64,000 nt of DNA. It comes from an uncultured Thermotogae bacterium. Lineage in GTDB: Bacteria; Bipolaricaulota; Bipolaricaulia; UBA7950; UBA9294. Location of the stretch: NCBI GenBank assembly GCA_964523545.1, contig CAZFZM010000003.1, positions 68,176 through 132,175 on the forward strand, in the 5' to 3' direction. Positions 11,123-19,936 of this stretch are shown piece after piece. Position 1 is the first letter of the stretch; each line of letters begins with the position of its first letter. The notes beneath the pieces were generated by a model. That model made no database searches. It was not told the DNA's origin and saw nothing but the letters and a program-made list of their open reading frames with translations. Made by a program: the position numbers and the translations under genes.

Positions 11123-12097
11123 ATGATGAGGGGAACGATCAACCGATGGATTTGCCGTCTCGCTGCTGCCGCGCTTGTGGCGCTCGCCCTGGGCGGATGC
11201 ACGCTGCTTCGGCCGAACCAGGCGCCGGTGGCGTCGTTCACGGTGGCGCCGGACGAGGGGTATCGTCCGCTCGAGGTCTCGTTCGACGCGGCGGGATCGA
11301 CCGATCCGGACGGCGATCAGCTGACCTACGCGTGGTCGTTCGGAGACGGGTCGAACGGCTCGGGCGTCCGGGCGACGCACACGTACGATCACGCGGGCAG
11401 CTACGGCGTCATTCTGCGAATCACCGACCCGGAAGGACTCGAGGACGCCGCCATCGCGACGGTCGAAGTCCTCGACGTGCCGGAGGGGACCGTCGTCCTG
11501 AGGTTCACCTGGACGTGGGACGGCGCGGACCAGCGGCTCGATTTCCTCGTCCCGTGGGCCCTCTACCAGACGTATCGCGGCCGGCTCCGCACGCCGCTCG
11601 TCGACAACTACAATTACGGGGCCTTCGTCGAAGATCCGCTCGATGATCCGACGCTGGGGGATCTGGCCGATGCGCTGGGGGATCTGGCTGGGGGAGGGGA
11701 TCAGGCGTACGCCGAGTGCACCCTGGCGTTCGTTCAGGAGGCGATCGCGTACCAGGCCGACCCACCGGACGTCGAGTGGCCGCTGTATCCGCTGGAGACC
11801 CTCGTCGACGGCGAGGGCGACTGCGAGGACACGGCGATTCTGTACGTCAGTCTGCTGAGGGCGCGCGGTCTCTCTTGTCAACTCGCCTTCGTCGACACCG
11901 ACGACGACGGGTCCCCGGATCACGTCCTCGCGCTCGTCGAGGTCGACGTCTCCTTCGCACAGCGATCGGGCGTCACGGTGTTCGAACTGGACGGGAGGCA
12001 GTATGCTGTGGCTGAGACCGCCTCGGGTCCGATGGACCTCGGCGTCGATCCGTGGGGACTCGAAGCCGATGACCTGATCGAACTCTGGGCGTTCTAG
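11123..12097 (+). CDS. lipoprotein with a PKD domain and a transglutaminase-like Cys-His-Asp domain
   Basis: Lipobox LALGGC. PKD repeat FDAAGSTDPDGDQLTYAWSFGDGSNGSGVRATHTYDHAGSYGVILRITD. The C-terminal domain has GEGDCEDTAILYVSLLRARG followed by DHVLALVEV, a transglutaminase/cysteine-protease-like core. Confidence 0.7.
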   Translation: MMRGTINRWICRLAAAALVALALGGCTLLRPNQAPVASFTVAPDEGYRPLEVSFDAAGSTDPDGDQLTYAWSFGDGSNGSGVRATHTYDHAGSYGVILRITDPEGLEDAAIATVEVLDVPEGTVVLRFTWTWDGADQRLDFLVPWALYQTYRGRLRTPLVDNYNYGAFVEDPLDDPTLGDLADALGDLAGGGDQAYAECTLAFVQEAIAYQADPPDVEWPLYPLETLVDGEGDCEDTAILYVSLLRARGLSCQLAFVDTDDDGSPDHVLALVEVDVSFAQRSGVTVFELDGRQYAVAETASGPMDLGVDPWGLEADDLIELWAF

Positions 12098-12125
12098 CGA
12101 AGCCGTCGAACCGAAGGGAGCGAGG

Positions 12126-13256
12126 ATGTCGAAGTATTGCTTGATCGACCCGACGTCGCTCCTCCGTTTCGACTTCGGCGCTCACCACCCGTTCAAGATC
12201 CACCGTCTCGGACTGACCTACGATCTGATCCGGGCGTACGGGCTCGTCGATCGCCCGAACGTCTACGTTCTCCCGCCCCGCGAGGCGACCGAGGAGGAGG
12301 CGATGGGCTTCCACTCGCAGGGATATCTCGAGACGCTGCGGGTCGCCAGCAACGGGATGTGGGTCCCGAACCTGTTCGCGCACGGCCTCGGCACGTCGGA
12401 CAACCCGGTCTTCCCTGACGTCTACGACTGGGGGATGCTCGTCGCCGGCGCGTCGATCGTGTGCGCCGAGGAGATCCTGTCCGGCCGAGCGAGCCGGGCG
12501 TTCAACCTGTCCGGCGGCCTCCACCACGCGATGCCATCGCGCGCGTCGGGGTTCTGCCACATCAACGACGGCGTCCTGGCGATCCAGGCGATGGTCCGAG
12601 CCGGGAAGCGCGTCGCCTACGTCGACATCGACGCCCATCACGGCGACGGCGTCCAACACGCGTTCTACACGTCGGCCGACGTGCTGACCGTCTCCGTCCA
12701 CCAGACGGGGTACACGATCTTCCCCGGGACCGGCTTCGTTGAGGAGATCGGGCAGGGCCCCGGACGGGGCACGTCGATCAACGTCCCGCTGGTTCCCGGC
12801 GCCGGCGACGAGGCGTACGAGCGGGCGGTCGACGAGGTCGTCCTTCCGGTCGTCCGCGCCTACGAGCCCGACGTCCTCGTCACGCAGCTGGGGTCGGACG
12901 CGATCGTCGGCGACGTCGTGGCGAACCTGAGGATGAGCCTGCGGCGGTTCGAGGGTAACGTCCGCGCCTTCCGCGACCTCGGGATTCCGTGGCTCGCTCT
13001 CGGCGGCGGCGGCTACGACGTGAGCAACGTGGTTCGTGCCTGGACCCTCGCCTGGTCGGTCATCACGGAGACCGACCTCCCGGACGAGATCCCCGCGGAG
13101 TGGCTCACGCGAGCGGCGCGGTACAACGTCGCAATCACCAAGCTGCGCGGGAACATCGATCGGACCCCGACCGACGAGGCCGTCCTCGAGGACCTCGACC
13201 GGACGATCGCGGCGCTGCGCGAAACCGCCTTTCCCATTCTCGGGGTAACCGAGTAG
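12126..13256 (+). CDS. histone deacetylase-family amidohydrolase (AcuC-like)
   Basis: SGGLHHAMPSRASGFCHINDGVLAI and VDIDAHHGDGVQHAFY metal/catalytic motifs. Confidence 0.9.
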   Translation: MSKYCLIDPTSLLRFDFGAHHPFKIHRLGLTYDLIRAYGLVDRPNVYVLPPREATEEEAMGFHSQGYLETLRVASNGMWVPNLFAHGLGTSDNPVFPDVYDWGMLVAGASIVCAEEILSGRASRAFNLSGGLHHAMPSRASGFCHINDGVLAIQAMVRAGKRVAYVDIDAHHGDGVQHAFYTSADVLTVSVHQTGYTIFPGTGFVEEIGQGPGRGTSINVPLVPGAGDEAYERAVDEVVLPVVRAYEPDVLVTQLGSDAIVGDVVANLRMSLRRFEGNVRAFRDLGIPWLALGGGGYDVSNVVRAWTLAWSVITETDLPDEIPAEWLTRAARYNVAITKLRGNIDRTPTDEAVLEDLDRTIAALRETAFPILGVTE

Positions 13257-13308
13257 ACTACCATCCCCCTGCGTTCTCGATGGGAAATCCAACGAAGGGC
13301 ACGAACCG

Positions 13309-15081
13309 ATGACTCAACCACCGAAAGCCGTACGGGAAGCGGAGCTGCGCTCGACCGTCCAAGTCCGGCTTCCCGACGGACGGGTCTACGACGTCGAACG
13401 GAACACGACGCTCGCCGAGGTCTTCCGGGTCGCCTACCCGAACGAGGAGAACCCCGTGGTCGCGGCGGTCGTCGGAGACGATCTCCGCGAGCTGTCGTGG
13501 CCGCTGGAGAACGACGCCGACGCTTCGCCGGTCTTCGTTTCCGATTCCGACGGCATACGGATCTACAGCAGGAGTCTCTCCTTTCTCCTGGTCGTCGTCG
13601 TCTCCCAGCTCTTCCCCGACGTGCAGGTGCGGATCGACTACTCCGTCCCGCACGGCGGCTACTTCTGCCGCGTCGAGGGGAGGAAGCCGTTCACCGCCCG
13701 CGAGCTGGCACGGATCAAGGAGCGGATGCTCGAGCTGGTTCGCGAGGACCGTCCGATCGTGCGGCGGCGCTGCACCCTCGAGGAGGCGAAGGAGGTCTTC
13801 ACCGCCCGGGGCGAGCTGAAGAAGGTCCGGCTGCTCGAGGCGCGAAACGTCGATCATCTCCACCTCTACGCCCTGAACGGAACCTCCGACTACTTCTTCG
13901 GCTACATGGTGCCATCGACGCGCTTCCTGAAGGTGTTCGGCCTGGAGACGTTCGCCGACGGGTTCGTCCTCCGCTTCCCGCCGCGCGAGGAGCCGACGAA
14001 GCTCCTTCCGGCGCAGAAGTTCAAGGCGCTGCGCGAGGTGTTCACCGAATACGGGGAGTGGCTCGGGCTGCTCGGCATGCGCGACGTCGTGTCGCTGAAC
14101 GAGGCGATTCGATCCGGCCGGATCGAGCAGGTCGTCCTCGTCGCCGAGGCGCTTCACGAGAAGCGAATCGCCGAGATCGCGTCGCAGATCACCGAGCGCC
14201 ACCGGAAGGGGGTCCGGCTCGTCTTCATCGCCGGGCCTTCCGCCTCGGGAAAGACGACGTTCTCCAAACGGCTGGCGATCCAGCTGCTGGCGAACGGCCT
14301 ACAGCCGTACCCGCTGGCGATGGACAACTACTTCCACCCCCGGGACGTGCTCCGCGAGCGATTCGGCGACAAGGTCGACGTCGATTCGCTCGGCGCGCTC
14401 GACGTGCCGCGCTTCCAGGACGACCTCCGTCGGCTCGTCGCCGGCGAGGACGTGACGCTCCCCCGGTTCGACTTCCACACCGGGGCGAGGGAGCGTGGAC
14501 CGACCGTCCGCCTGGCGGCCGACCAAGTTCTCCTCGTGGAGGGGATTCACGGGATGAATCCGAAGCTGCTGGAGGACGGCCCGGTGACGGACTGCTTCCG
14601 CGTCTTCGTCAGCGCGCTGACCCAGATCAACCTCGACATTCACAACCGCGTCTCGACGACCGACACCCGGCTGATCCGCCGGATCGTCCGCGACGCACAC
14701 CACCGCGGCTACTCGGCCGCGGAGACGCTGACGGTCTGGGAAAACGTTCGACGCGGGGAGAAGCGCAACATCTTCCCGCATCAGGAGAAGGCCGACGTGA
14801 TGTTCAACTCGGCCCTCGGCTACGAGCTCGCGGTCCTCAAGCCGCTGGTCGAGCCGCTCCTGCTTCAGGTCCGCCAACCGAGGCTCCGGATCGAGGCCGA
14901 GCGGCTCCTCGCGCTCCTCTGGTGGTTCGACCCGTACGCGACCGAGGGGATCCCCGGCAACTCGATCCTGCGGGAGTTCATCGGCGGTTCGAACCTGCAG
15001 GATCTCACCCCGGTTCCGCACGGGCTGTGGGGGGCGTCGAGCCACGAGGATCGGGCCAACGTGCCGGAGGGCGAGTCGTGA
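13309..15081 (+). CDS. TGS-domain protein fused to a uridine kinase/PRK-family P-loop kinase
   Basis: The N-terminus VQVRLPDGRVYDVERNTTLAEVF is TGS-like. The C-terminal half has FIAGPSASGKTTFSKRL plus VEGIHGMNP, as in uridine kinase-like nucleoside kinases. Confidence 0.8.
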   Translation: MTQPPKAVREAELRSTVQVRLPDGRVYDVERNTTLAEVFRVAYPNEENPVVAAVVGDDLRELSWPLENDADASPVFVSDSDGIRIYSRSLSFLLVVVVSQLFPDVQVRIDYSVPHGGYFCRVEGRKPFTARELARIKERMLELVREDRPIVRRRCTLEEAKEVFTARGELKKVRLLEARNVDHLHLYALNGTSDYFFGYMVPSTRFLKVFGLETFADGFVLRFPPREEPTKLLPAQKFKALREVFTEYGEWLGLLGMRDVVSLNEAIRSGRIEQVVLVAEALHEKRIAEIASQITERHRKGVRLVFIAGPSASGKTTFSKRLAIQLLANGLQPYPLAMDNYFHPRDVLRERFGDKVDVDSLGALDVPRFQDDLRRLVAGEDVTLPRFDFHTGARERGPTVRLAADQVLLVEGIHGMNPKLLEDGPVTDCFRVFVSALTQINLDIHNRVSTTDTRLIRRIVRDAHHRGYSAAETLTVWENVRRGEKRNIFPHQEKADVMFNSALGYELAVLKPLVEPLLLQVRQPRLRIEAERLLALLWWFDPYATEGIPGNSILREFIGGSNLQDLTPVPHGLWGASSHEDRANVPEGES

Positions 15082-15902
15082 ACACCGACCGCCTGATGGG
15101 GATCGCGTTGGAGATGGCCGGCCTCGAGGAGATCCCTGGCGACAGTGCGATTCACCGTCCCGGTGATGGGATCGAGCGGATCCTGTTCGGGATCGACCTC
15201 AAGGCAGCCGAGCTGGTGATCGCATCGGCGCAGGGGTTCGACTGCGCCGTCTCGCACCACCCGGTCGGAGGAAGCGCGACCCTTCGGTTCCACGAGGTCC
15301 TCGGGCGGCACGTCGACCAGATGACGGCGGCCGGGGTGCCGCGGGACGTCGCCGAGGAGACGATGCGGGCGAAGATCGAGGAACGTCGGGTCCTGGGCTC
15401 GATGACCAACTACGATCACGAGCCGTCGGTCGCGGACCTCCTCGGTATCCCGTACCTGAACGTCCACACTCCCCTCGACGAGATTGGTCGGCGGCGGATG
15501 GCCGAGGCGGCCGCCGGGCTGAACGAGAATGCGACGGTCGCCGAGCTGGTCGACCGGTTCTACGAGGCGTTCGGCGAGTTCCGGAACGCCGCGACCGAGA
15601 TCGAGGTCCGCGTCGGGAGGCCGGAGAACCGGATCGGGCAGGTCGTCGTCTCGCACGGCGCCGGGACGAACGGTGGTTACCCGGTCGCCAAGGCGTACTT
15701 CGTCCACGGGATCGACACCGTGATCTACATCCACTGCCGACCGGACGACGCGAAGAAGCTGAACGAGGAGTTCGGAGAGTCGAAGAACCTGATCGTCACC
15801 GGGCACGTTGCCTCCGACTCGGTCGGGATCAACCCGTACGTCGATCGGCTCCGGGAAGAAGGGTTCGACGTGACGACGTTCTCCGGGATCATCGCGGCCT
15901 AG
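15078..15902 (+). CDS. NIF3/DUF34-like metal-centre protein (tentative)
   Basis: C-terminal part of track ORF 13497..15902. GTG at 15078 overlaps the upstream TGA (GTGA); the alternative start is ATG at 15096. Motifs AVSHHPVGG and [10 protein letters not shown] resemble the NIF3 His clusters. Confidence 0.55.
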   Translation: MNTDRLMGIALEMAGLEEIPGDSAIHRPGDGIERILFGIDLKAAELVIASAQGFDCAVSHHPVGGSATLRFHEVLGRHVDQMTAAGVPRDVAEETMRAKIEERRVLGSMTNYDHEPSVADLLGIPYLNVHTPLDEIGRRRMAEAAAGLNENATVAELVDRFYEAFGEFRNAATEIEVRVGRPENRIGQVVVSHGAGTNGGYPVAKAYFVHGIDTVIYIHCRPDDAKKLNEEFGESKNLIVTGHVASDSVGINPYVDRLREEGFDVTTFSGIIAA

Positions 15903-15930
15903 CGAGGGCTGGGCCGGGAAGGAGATTCCC

Positions 15931-16710
15931 ATGCCGTTCACTGTGGCCACGTGGAACGTCAACTCGATCCGCTCCCGCCTCCACGCGCTCCTCCCGTGGC
16001 TGGAGAGAGTCGAGCCGGACGTCGTTTGCCTCCAGGAGACGAAGGTCCAGGATCACGACTTCCCGGTCGACGCGATCGAGGATGCCGGCTACCGCGCGGC
16101 ATTCCGAGGCGAGAAGTCGTACAACGGCGTCGCGATCCTGTCGAGGATGCCGATCGGGAACGTCCGCTGCGGCCTCGACGACAACGGCCCGCCCGACGAG
16201 GCACGGCTGATCGTCGGCGAGGTGAACGGGATCCCGATCGTCAACACCTACGTCCCGCAGGGACGCGACCCGGAACACGAGATGTTCGCGTACAAGCTCG
16301 AATGGTTCGTCCGCCTGCGCGCGTACTTCGCGTCTCACTTCTCGCCCGACGAACCGCTGATCTGGACCGGAGACCTGAACGTCGCCCCCGAGCCGATCGA
16401 CGTCCACGACCCGAAGCGGCTGATGGGACACGTCTGCTTCAACCCGCAGGTCACCGAGGCGCTGGAGGACGTCAAATCGTGGGGCCTCGTCGACCTCTTC
16501 CGAAGGCACGTCCCCGATCCCGGCCAGTACACCTACTACGACTACCGCACGAAGAACGGCATCGCCGCGGGGAAAGGCTGGCGCGTCGACCACATCCTTG
16601 CGACGAAGCCGCTCGCCGAGCGCTCAACCAACGCCTGGATCGACCTCGAACCGCGGCGAGGAGACAAGCCGTCCGACCACGCGCCGATGGTGGTTGAACT
16701 GAACGTGTAG
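15931..16710 (+). CDS. xthA: exodeoxyribonuclease III
   Basis: [17 protein letters not shown]...VVCLQETK...DHAPMVVEL; complete EEP nuclease motifs; double stop TAGTAG. Confidence 0.95.
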   Translation: MPFTVATWNVNSIRSRLHALLPWLERVEPDVVCLQETKVQDHDFPVDAIEDAGYRAAFRGEKSYNGVAILSRMPIGNVRCGLDDNGPPDEARLIVGEVNGIPIVNTYVPQGRDPEHEMFAYKLEWFVRLRAYFASHFSPDEPLIWTGDLNVAPEPIDVHDPKRLMGHVCFNPQVTEALEDVKSWGLVDLFRRHVPDPGQYTYYDYRTKNGIAAGKGWRVDHILATKPLAERSTNAWIDLEPRRGDKPSDHAPMVVELNV

Positions 16711-16714
16711 TAGC

Positions 16715-16743
16715 GGACTGGTATCCCCTGATGGACTGGTATC
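16715..16743. repeat. two exact 11-nt direct repeats GGACTGGTATC separated by 7 nt
   Basis: Copies at 16715-16725 and 16733-16743. A third, one-mismatch copy (GGACTGGTCTC) lies at 16873-16883. All sit in a 294-nt noncoding gap. Confidence 0.8.
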
Positions 16744-17004
16744 GAACCGAGGGCTCGGTTTGAGTCCTTCGGGCTCCAAAGGGCTGTTCTCATCTCGGTC
16801 TCGGCTGACCACATCGTCCTGATGTTGGCGATCCGGTTCACCGCGTGCATCGGTTCGACTCAGGCATTGTGTGGACTGGTCTCCCAAGTGGCAGGGCACT
16901 TCGGTGTCTTGCCGGGTTCACGATGGAGCTAGAGGCTCCCGCCGCTAGCTCCTAAGACGAGTTGGCAGCCGCCCCACCTCGCGAACTCGCAAGGTCGCTG
17001 GACT

Positions 17005-18129
17005 TCAGCCCGCGAATGCCGCCAAGGAGAGACGTCGCAGAGCTCGCCGGAGCCATGGCACGTGGGCGACGTACCACGAGACCGTTCGGCGCAGTCCATC
17101 GTCCAGTGACGTAGTGGGTCGCCACCCGATGGCCGACGCGATCGCTCTACCATCCATTCTGTATCCGAAGTCATGGGCAGCCCCGCGCGGATCGGGCACG
17201 AAGCAAATTCGCTCCGGCTCGGACACGTCCGGACGGTTCTCCGGCGATAGCTCATCGAAGATGCGGATCACCTCCCGGATGAGGTCGATGTTCCGGCATT
17301 CGCTGCCCCCCGGGATGTTGTAGATTCCCCGATCGATCCCCCCAGTGAGGAGCAGATCCAGGGCCCGGCAGGCGTCTTCGACGTACGACCAGCAGCGGCG
17401 CTGCTCCCCTTCTCCGTAGATCGGGATCGGTTCGCCTGCCAGAAGACTCGAGATCGCCTTTGGGATGAGTTTCTCTGGAAGCTGATTCGGTCCGTACTGG
17501 TTCGAGAGACGCGCAATCCGGACGGGCAGCCCGTACGTCTTGGCATACGACTGGCAGAGCAGGTCGGCCGACGCCTTGCTGACGGCATAGGGCGACGCCG
17601 GGCGAAGGGGAGCGTCCTCCGCAAAGGCCTCCTCGCCCGATGGCGGTCCGTAGATTTCGTCCGTCGAGACGTGGAGAAAAACCGGCGCGTCACCTCCCTC
17701 GTCGAGCGCCGCCCGCCGTCCCCACGCCGATCTCGCTGCTTCCAGCAGAACCTGCGTTCCCAGAACGTTGGTCGCGATGAACGGGCTCGCATCCTCGATG
17801 CTCCGATCGACGTGCGACTCGGCGGCGAAGTGCACGATCGCCCGGACGGACCCTCCCTCTTCGTGCCGAAGGAGCCGGTCGACCAAGCTCCGGTCGCGGA
17901 CATCACCTTGGATAAACCGGTACCTTCGTCGCTCGGGAGCGCCGGACTCACTCCCGTACATCTGCTCCACGTCCGAGACGTTGCTTGGGTCCCCAGCGTA
18001 CGTCAACACGTCCAGGTTGACGACCGCCATCTCCGAATGCGTTCGGAGCAAGTGCCTGATGAAGTGACTCCCGACGAAACCGCACCCCCCGGTGACGAGG
18101 ACCTCCGAGCGCGCCTCGCCGGCAGTCAC
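17005..18129 (-). CDS. rfbB: dTDP-glucose 4,6-dehydratase
   Basis: VLVTGGCGFVGSHF Rossmann motif, STDEIYG, and the YAVSKASAD catalytic YxxxK. Confidence 0.93.
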   Translation of the reverse strand: MTAGEARSEVLVTGGCGFVGSHFIRHLLRTHSEMAVVNLDVLTYAGDPSNVSDVEQMYGSESGAPERRRYRFIQGDVRDRSLVDRLLRHEEGGSVRAIVHFAAESHVDRSIEDASPFIATNVLGTQVLLEAARSAWGRRAALDEGGDAPVFLHVSTDEIYGPPSGEEAFAEDAPLRPASPYAVSKASADLLCQSYAKTYGLPVRIARLSNQYGPNQLPEKLIPKAISSLLAGEPIPIYGEGEQRRCWSYVEDACRALDLLLTGGIDRGIYNIPGGSECRNIDLIREVIRIFDELSPENRPDVSEPERICFVPDPRGAAHDFGYRMDGRAIASAIGWRPTTSLDDGLRRTVSWYVAHVPWLRRALRRLSLAAFAG

Positions 18130-18725
18130 GCTGTGCGCTCCTCGGCCGAGACGGGCGGTCCATCATCCCGGCGATACACGAATCGGATGTCCGCCTGGCG
18201 GAGGGAGGGGAGCTTCGCATCCCGTTCGGACAGGACAGGGGCTCGGATTGGCCAAGCAATGCCCAACTCCTCATCGTCCCAACGTAGGCCCGCCTCGTGC
18301 TCCGATGAGTACTCCGACGTCATCAGGTAGATGACGTCCGCTTCCTCGGCAAGGGTGCAGTACCCGTGAGCGAAGCCGGGCGGAATGAACAGGCACTCGG
18401 CTTTCCTCTCCGACAGGATGCGTCCGACCCATCTGGCGAAGGTCGGCGATCCCCGCCGCAGGTCGACCGCAACGTCGAAGATCTCGCCCCGAATGACATG
18501 GACCAGCTTTGCCTGCGCAGCGGGAGGATGCTGGTAGTGCAGACCGCGAAGAACGCCACGCACGGAATGGGACACGTTCACTTGGGGGAACACTCCCGGG
18601 ATTCCGGCCACGCCAGATGTCGATCCTTTGTGGACCTCCATCAGAAAGCCTCGTCGGTCATGGAACACCGGGGGCTCGAGCAACAGCACGTCTGCGATCT
18701 CGAGCGAATGGATACGAAGCTTCAT
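18126..18725 (-). CDS. rfbC: dTDP-4-dehydrorhamnose 3,5-epimerase
   Basis: HDRRGFLMEV, RGLHYQ, and a cupin core. The likely start is ATG 18725 (MKLRIHS); the track start GTG 18776 is an alternative. The stop overlaps the rfbB start. Confidence 0.9.
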   Translation of the reverse strand: MKLRIHSLEIADVLLLEPPVFHDRRGFLMEVHKGSTSGVAGIPGVFPQVNVSHSVRGVLRGLHYQHPPAAQAKLVHVIRGEIFDVAVDLRRGSPTFARWVGRILSERKAECLFIPPGFAHGYCTLAEEADVIYLMTSEYSSEHEAGLRWDDEELGIAWPIRAPVLSERDAKLPSLRQADIRFVYRRDDGPPVSAEERTA

Positions 18726-18772
18726 CGAAGCCGGCTCCTCTCGCCTTCGCGAAGAATGACGCGCGCTCCGGC

Positions 18773-18820
18773 TCACCAGGACCGCTTCCGATGACCTCCG
18801 GCAAGGATCAAACCCTTCAT
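18773..18820 (-). pseudogene. 15-codon remnant of a sugar-1-phosphate nucleotidyltransferase (rmlA-like) 5' end
   Basis: Own translation: AGGGAGGGAGACCGGG then ATG AAG GGT TTG ATC CTT GCC GGA GGT CAT CGG AAG CGG TCC TGG TGA, giving MKGLILAGGHRKRSW*. MKGxILAGG is the canonical N-terminus of RmlA-type enzymes. The G-x-G-T-R-L continuation is missing. Confidence 0.4.
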
Positions 18821-18997
18821 CCCGGTCTCCCTCCCTTGGTGCCGGGCCAGGCCAGCTCAGGCAACCGGACCCTTGCCGTGGGTCTCGGGCTTCGCGATGG
18901 GACCTAGAGCCGCCTCATCCGCCTCTGGGAAGTCTATGTCAGGCACAGAATGTCAGCAAGGAGGCCCGTTCCAAGACCCTGCACCCTCTTCCCTGAG

Positions 18998-19936
18998 TCA
19001 GAAGCTGTCGGGATCCCGCGCGATGCTGTGCTGCGTCCCGTGTGTCGTCGCTCGAAGCCGATCGAGGTAGAGCTCCGGGTCTCTGAGCAACATCGCCTTG
19101 ACGTGGTTGTGGGCGCGCTGATGGTTGGCGGATTCCGGGAACAAGACCTGGTTCGGAACCAGAGGGCGCAGGAGCCGTCTCACCGGGAGGGGCAACCGGT
19201 TGGACGCCGTGCGGCGGATGAGCTCGAAGGCCGGTCGTTCCAGAGCACCCGGGAACGACCGCACGCTGTGCGCCGACGCCCCCAGGTGAAAGATGACATC
19301 TCCGTGGATGCCTCCGAAGTAATAGTGATCCGACTCCCGGTTCGTGCGCCGTAGAGGAAGCCAACGAAGGCCCTCGCGGAATGCGGTGAAGCCGTAGCCT
19401 GTTCCGGACTCTCTCGGGTTCCAGAGCCCTCTTGCGTACTTGCGCCCTGCACGCGATCGGATGTCCTCACGAGAGAGCAGGAGCCTTGGGGCGTATCGGT
19501 TGTAGAACTCACTCGAGAAGAAGAGGCCGGCCGTCGTGGGCTTCCCGAGGTGGCTCTCTTCTCTCATGACTGCCGCGAACGCATATCCGGCTGAGATCTC
19601 TCCTGCAAGCTCCGACTCCCAACCGGCACGGATCGGGAAAGAATCGGCGTGGAAGGTCGCGACGTGCGTACAGCCATCGCCGATGGCCTCGGCGATCATT
19701 CGCTCCAGGTAGTAGGCATTCTCGAGACTTCCTCGATGTTCGGTGGACGGGATGACACACCGTCGAACGAAGGGCCTCGCCGCCAGACGTTCCGCGAGGT
19801 TCTCGGCAAGGCGATTCGCCGCGGCGTAGATCGTAAAGGGTTCGCGCGTGCACTGCTCGATGTAGCGCAGGTGCAGATCGAGGAGGTCTTCGTCGCCGGG
19901 GAGAACCAGGTACACGACCGCGATGCCGAGCTTCAT
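18998..19936 (-). CDS. hypothetical protein, possibly a GT-A-like sugar-modifying enzyme
   Basis: The internal ATG at 19936 (MKLGIAVVYLVLPGDED...) overlaps the upstream stop as ATGA. No family was recognised. An N-terminal beta-strand and an acidic motif (FHADSFP) are loosely GT-A-like. Confidence 0.55.
   Translation of the reverse strand: MKLGIAVVYLVLPGDEDLLDLHLRYIEQCTREPFTIYAAANRLAENLAERLAARPFVRRCVIPSTEHRGSLENAYYLERMIAEAIGDGCTHVATFHADSFPIRAGWESELAGEISAGYAFAAVMREESHLGKPTTAGLFFSSEFYNRYAPRLLLSREDIRSRAGRKYARGLWNPRESGTGYGFTAFREGLRWLPLRRTNRESDHYYFGGIHGDVIFHLGASAHSVRSFPGALERPAFELIRRTASNRLPLPVRRLLRPLVPNQVLFPESANHQRAHNHVKAMLLRDPELYLDRLRATTHGTQHSIARDPDSF

Noticed and set aside
16850-16861. TCGGTTCGACTC at the left island border and TCGGTTTCGAATCC at the right border (22758-22771), considered as tRNA T-arm fragments or att direct repeats.
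   Set aside because: Neither folds into a T-arm with a 5-bp stem and 7-nt loop. No acceptor stem or full tRNA can be drawn. The two copies match at only about 11 of 14 positions, and no integrase is present.
16711-17004. The noncoding gap considered as tmRNA, RNase P RNA, SRP RNA or a TPP riboswitch.
   Set aside because: None of the conserved cores I know is present on either strand. I checked the tmRNA tRNA-like 3' end ending in CCA, the RNase P P4 element GAGGAAAGUCC, the SRP element GGAAGCAGCC and the TPP element CUGAGA...ACCUGAU.
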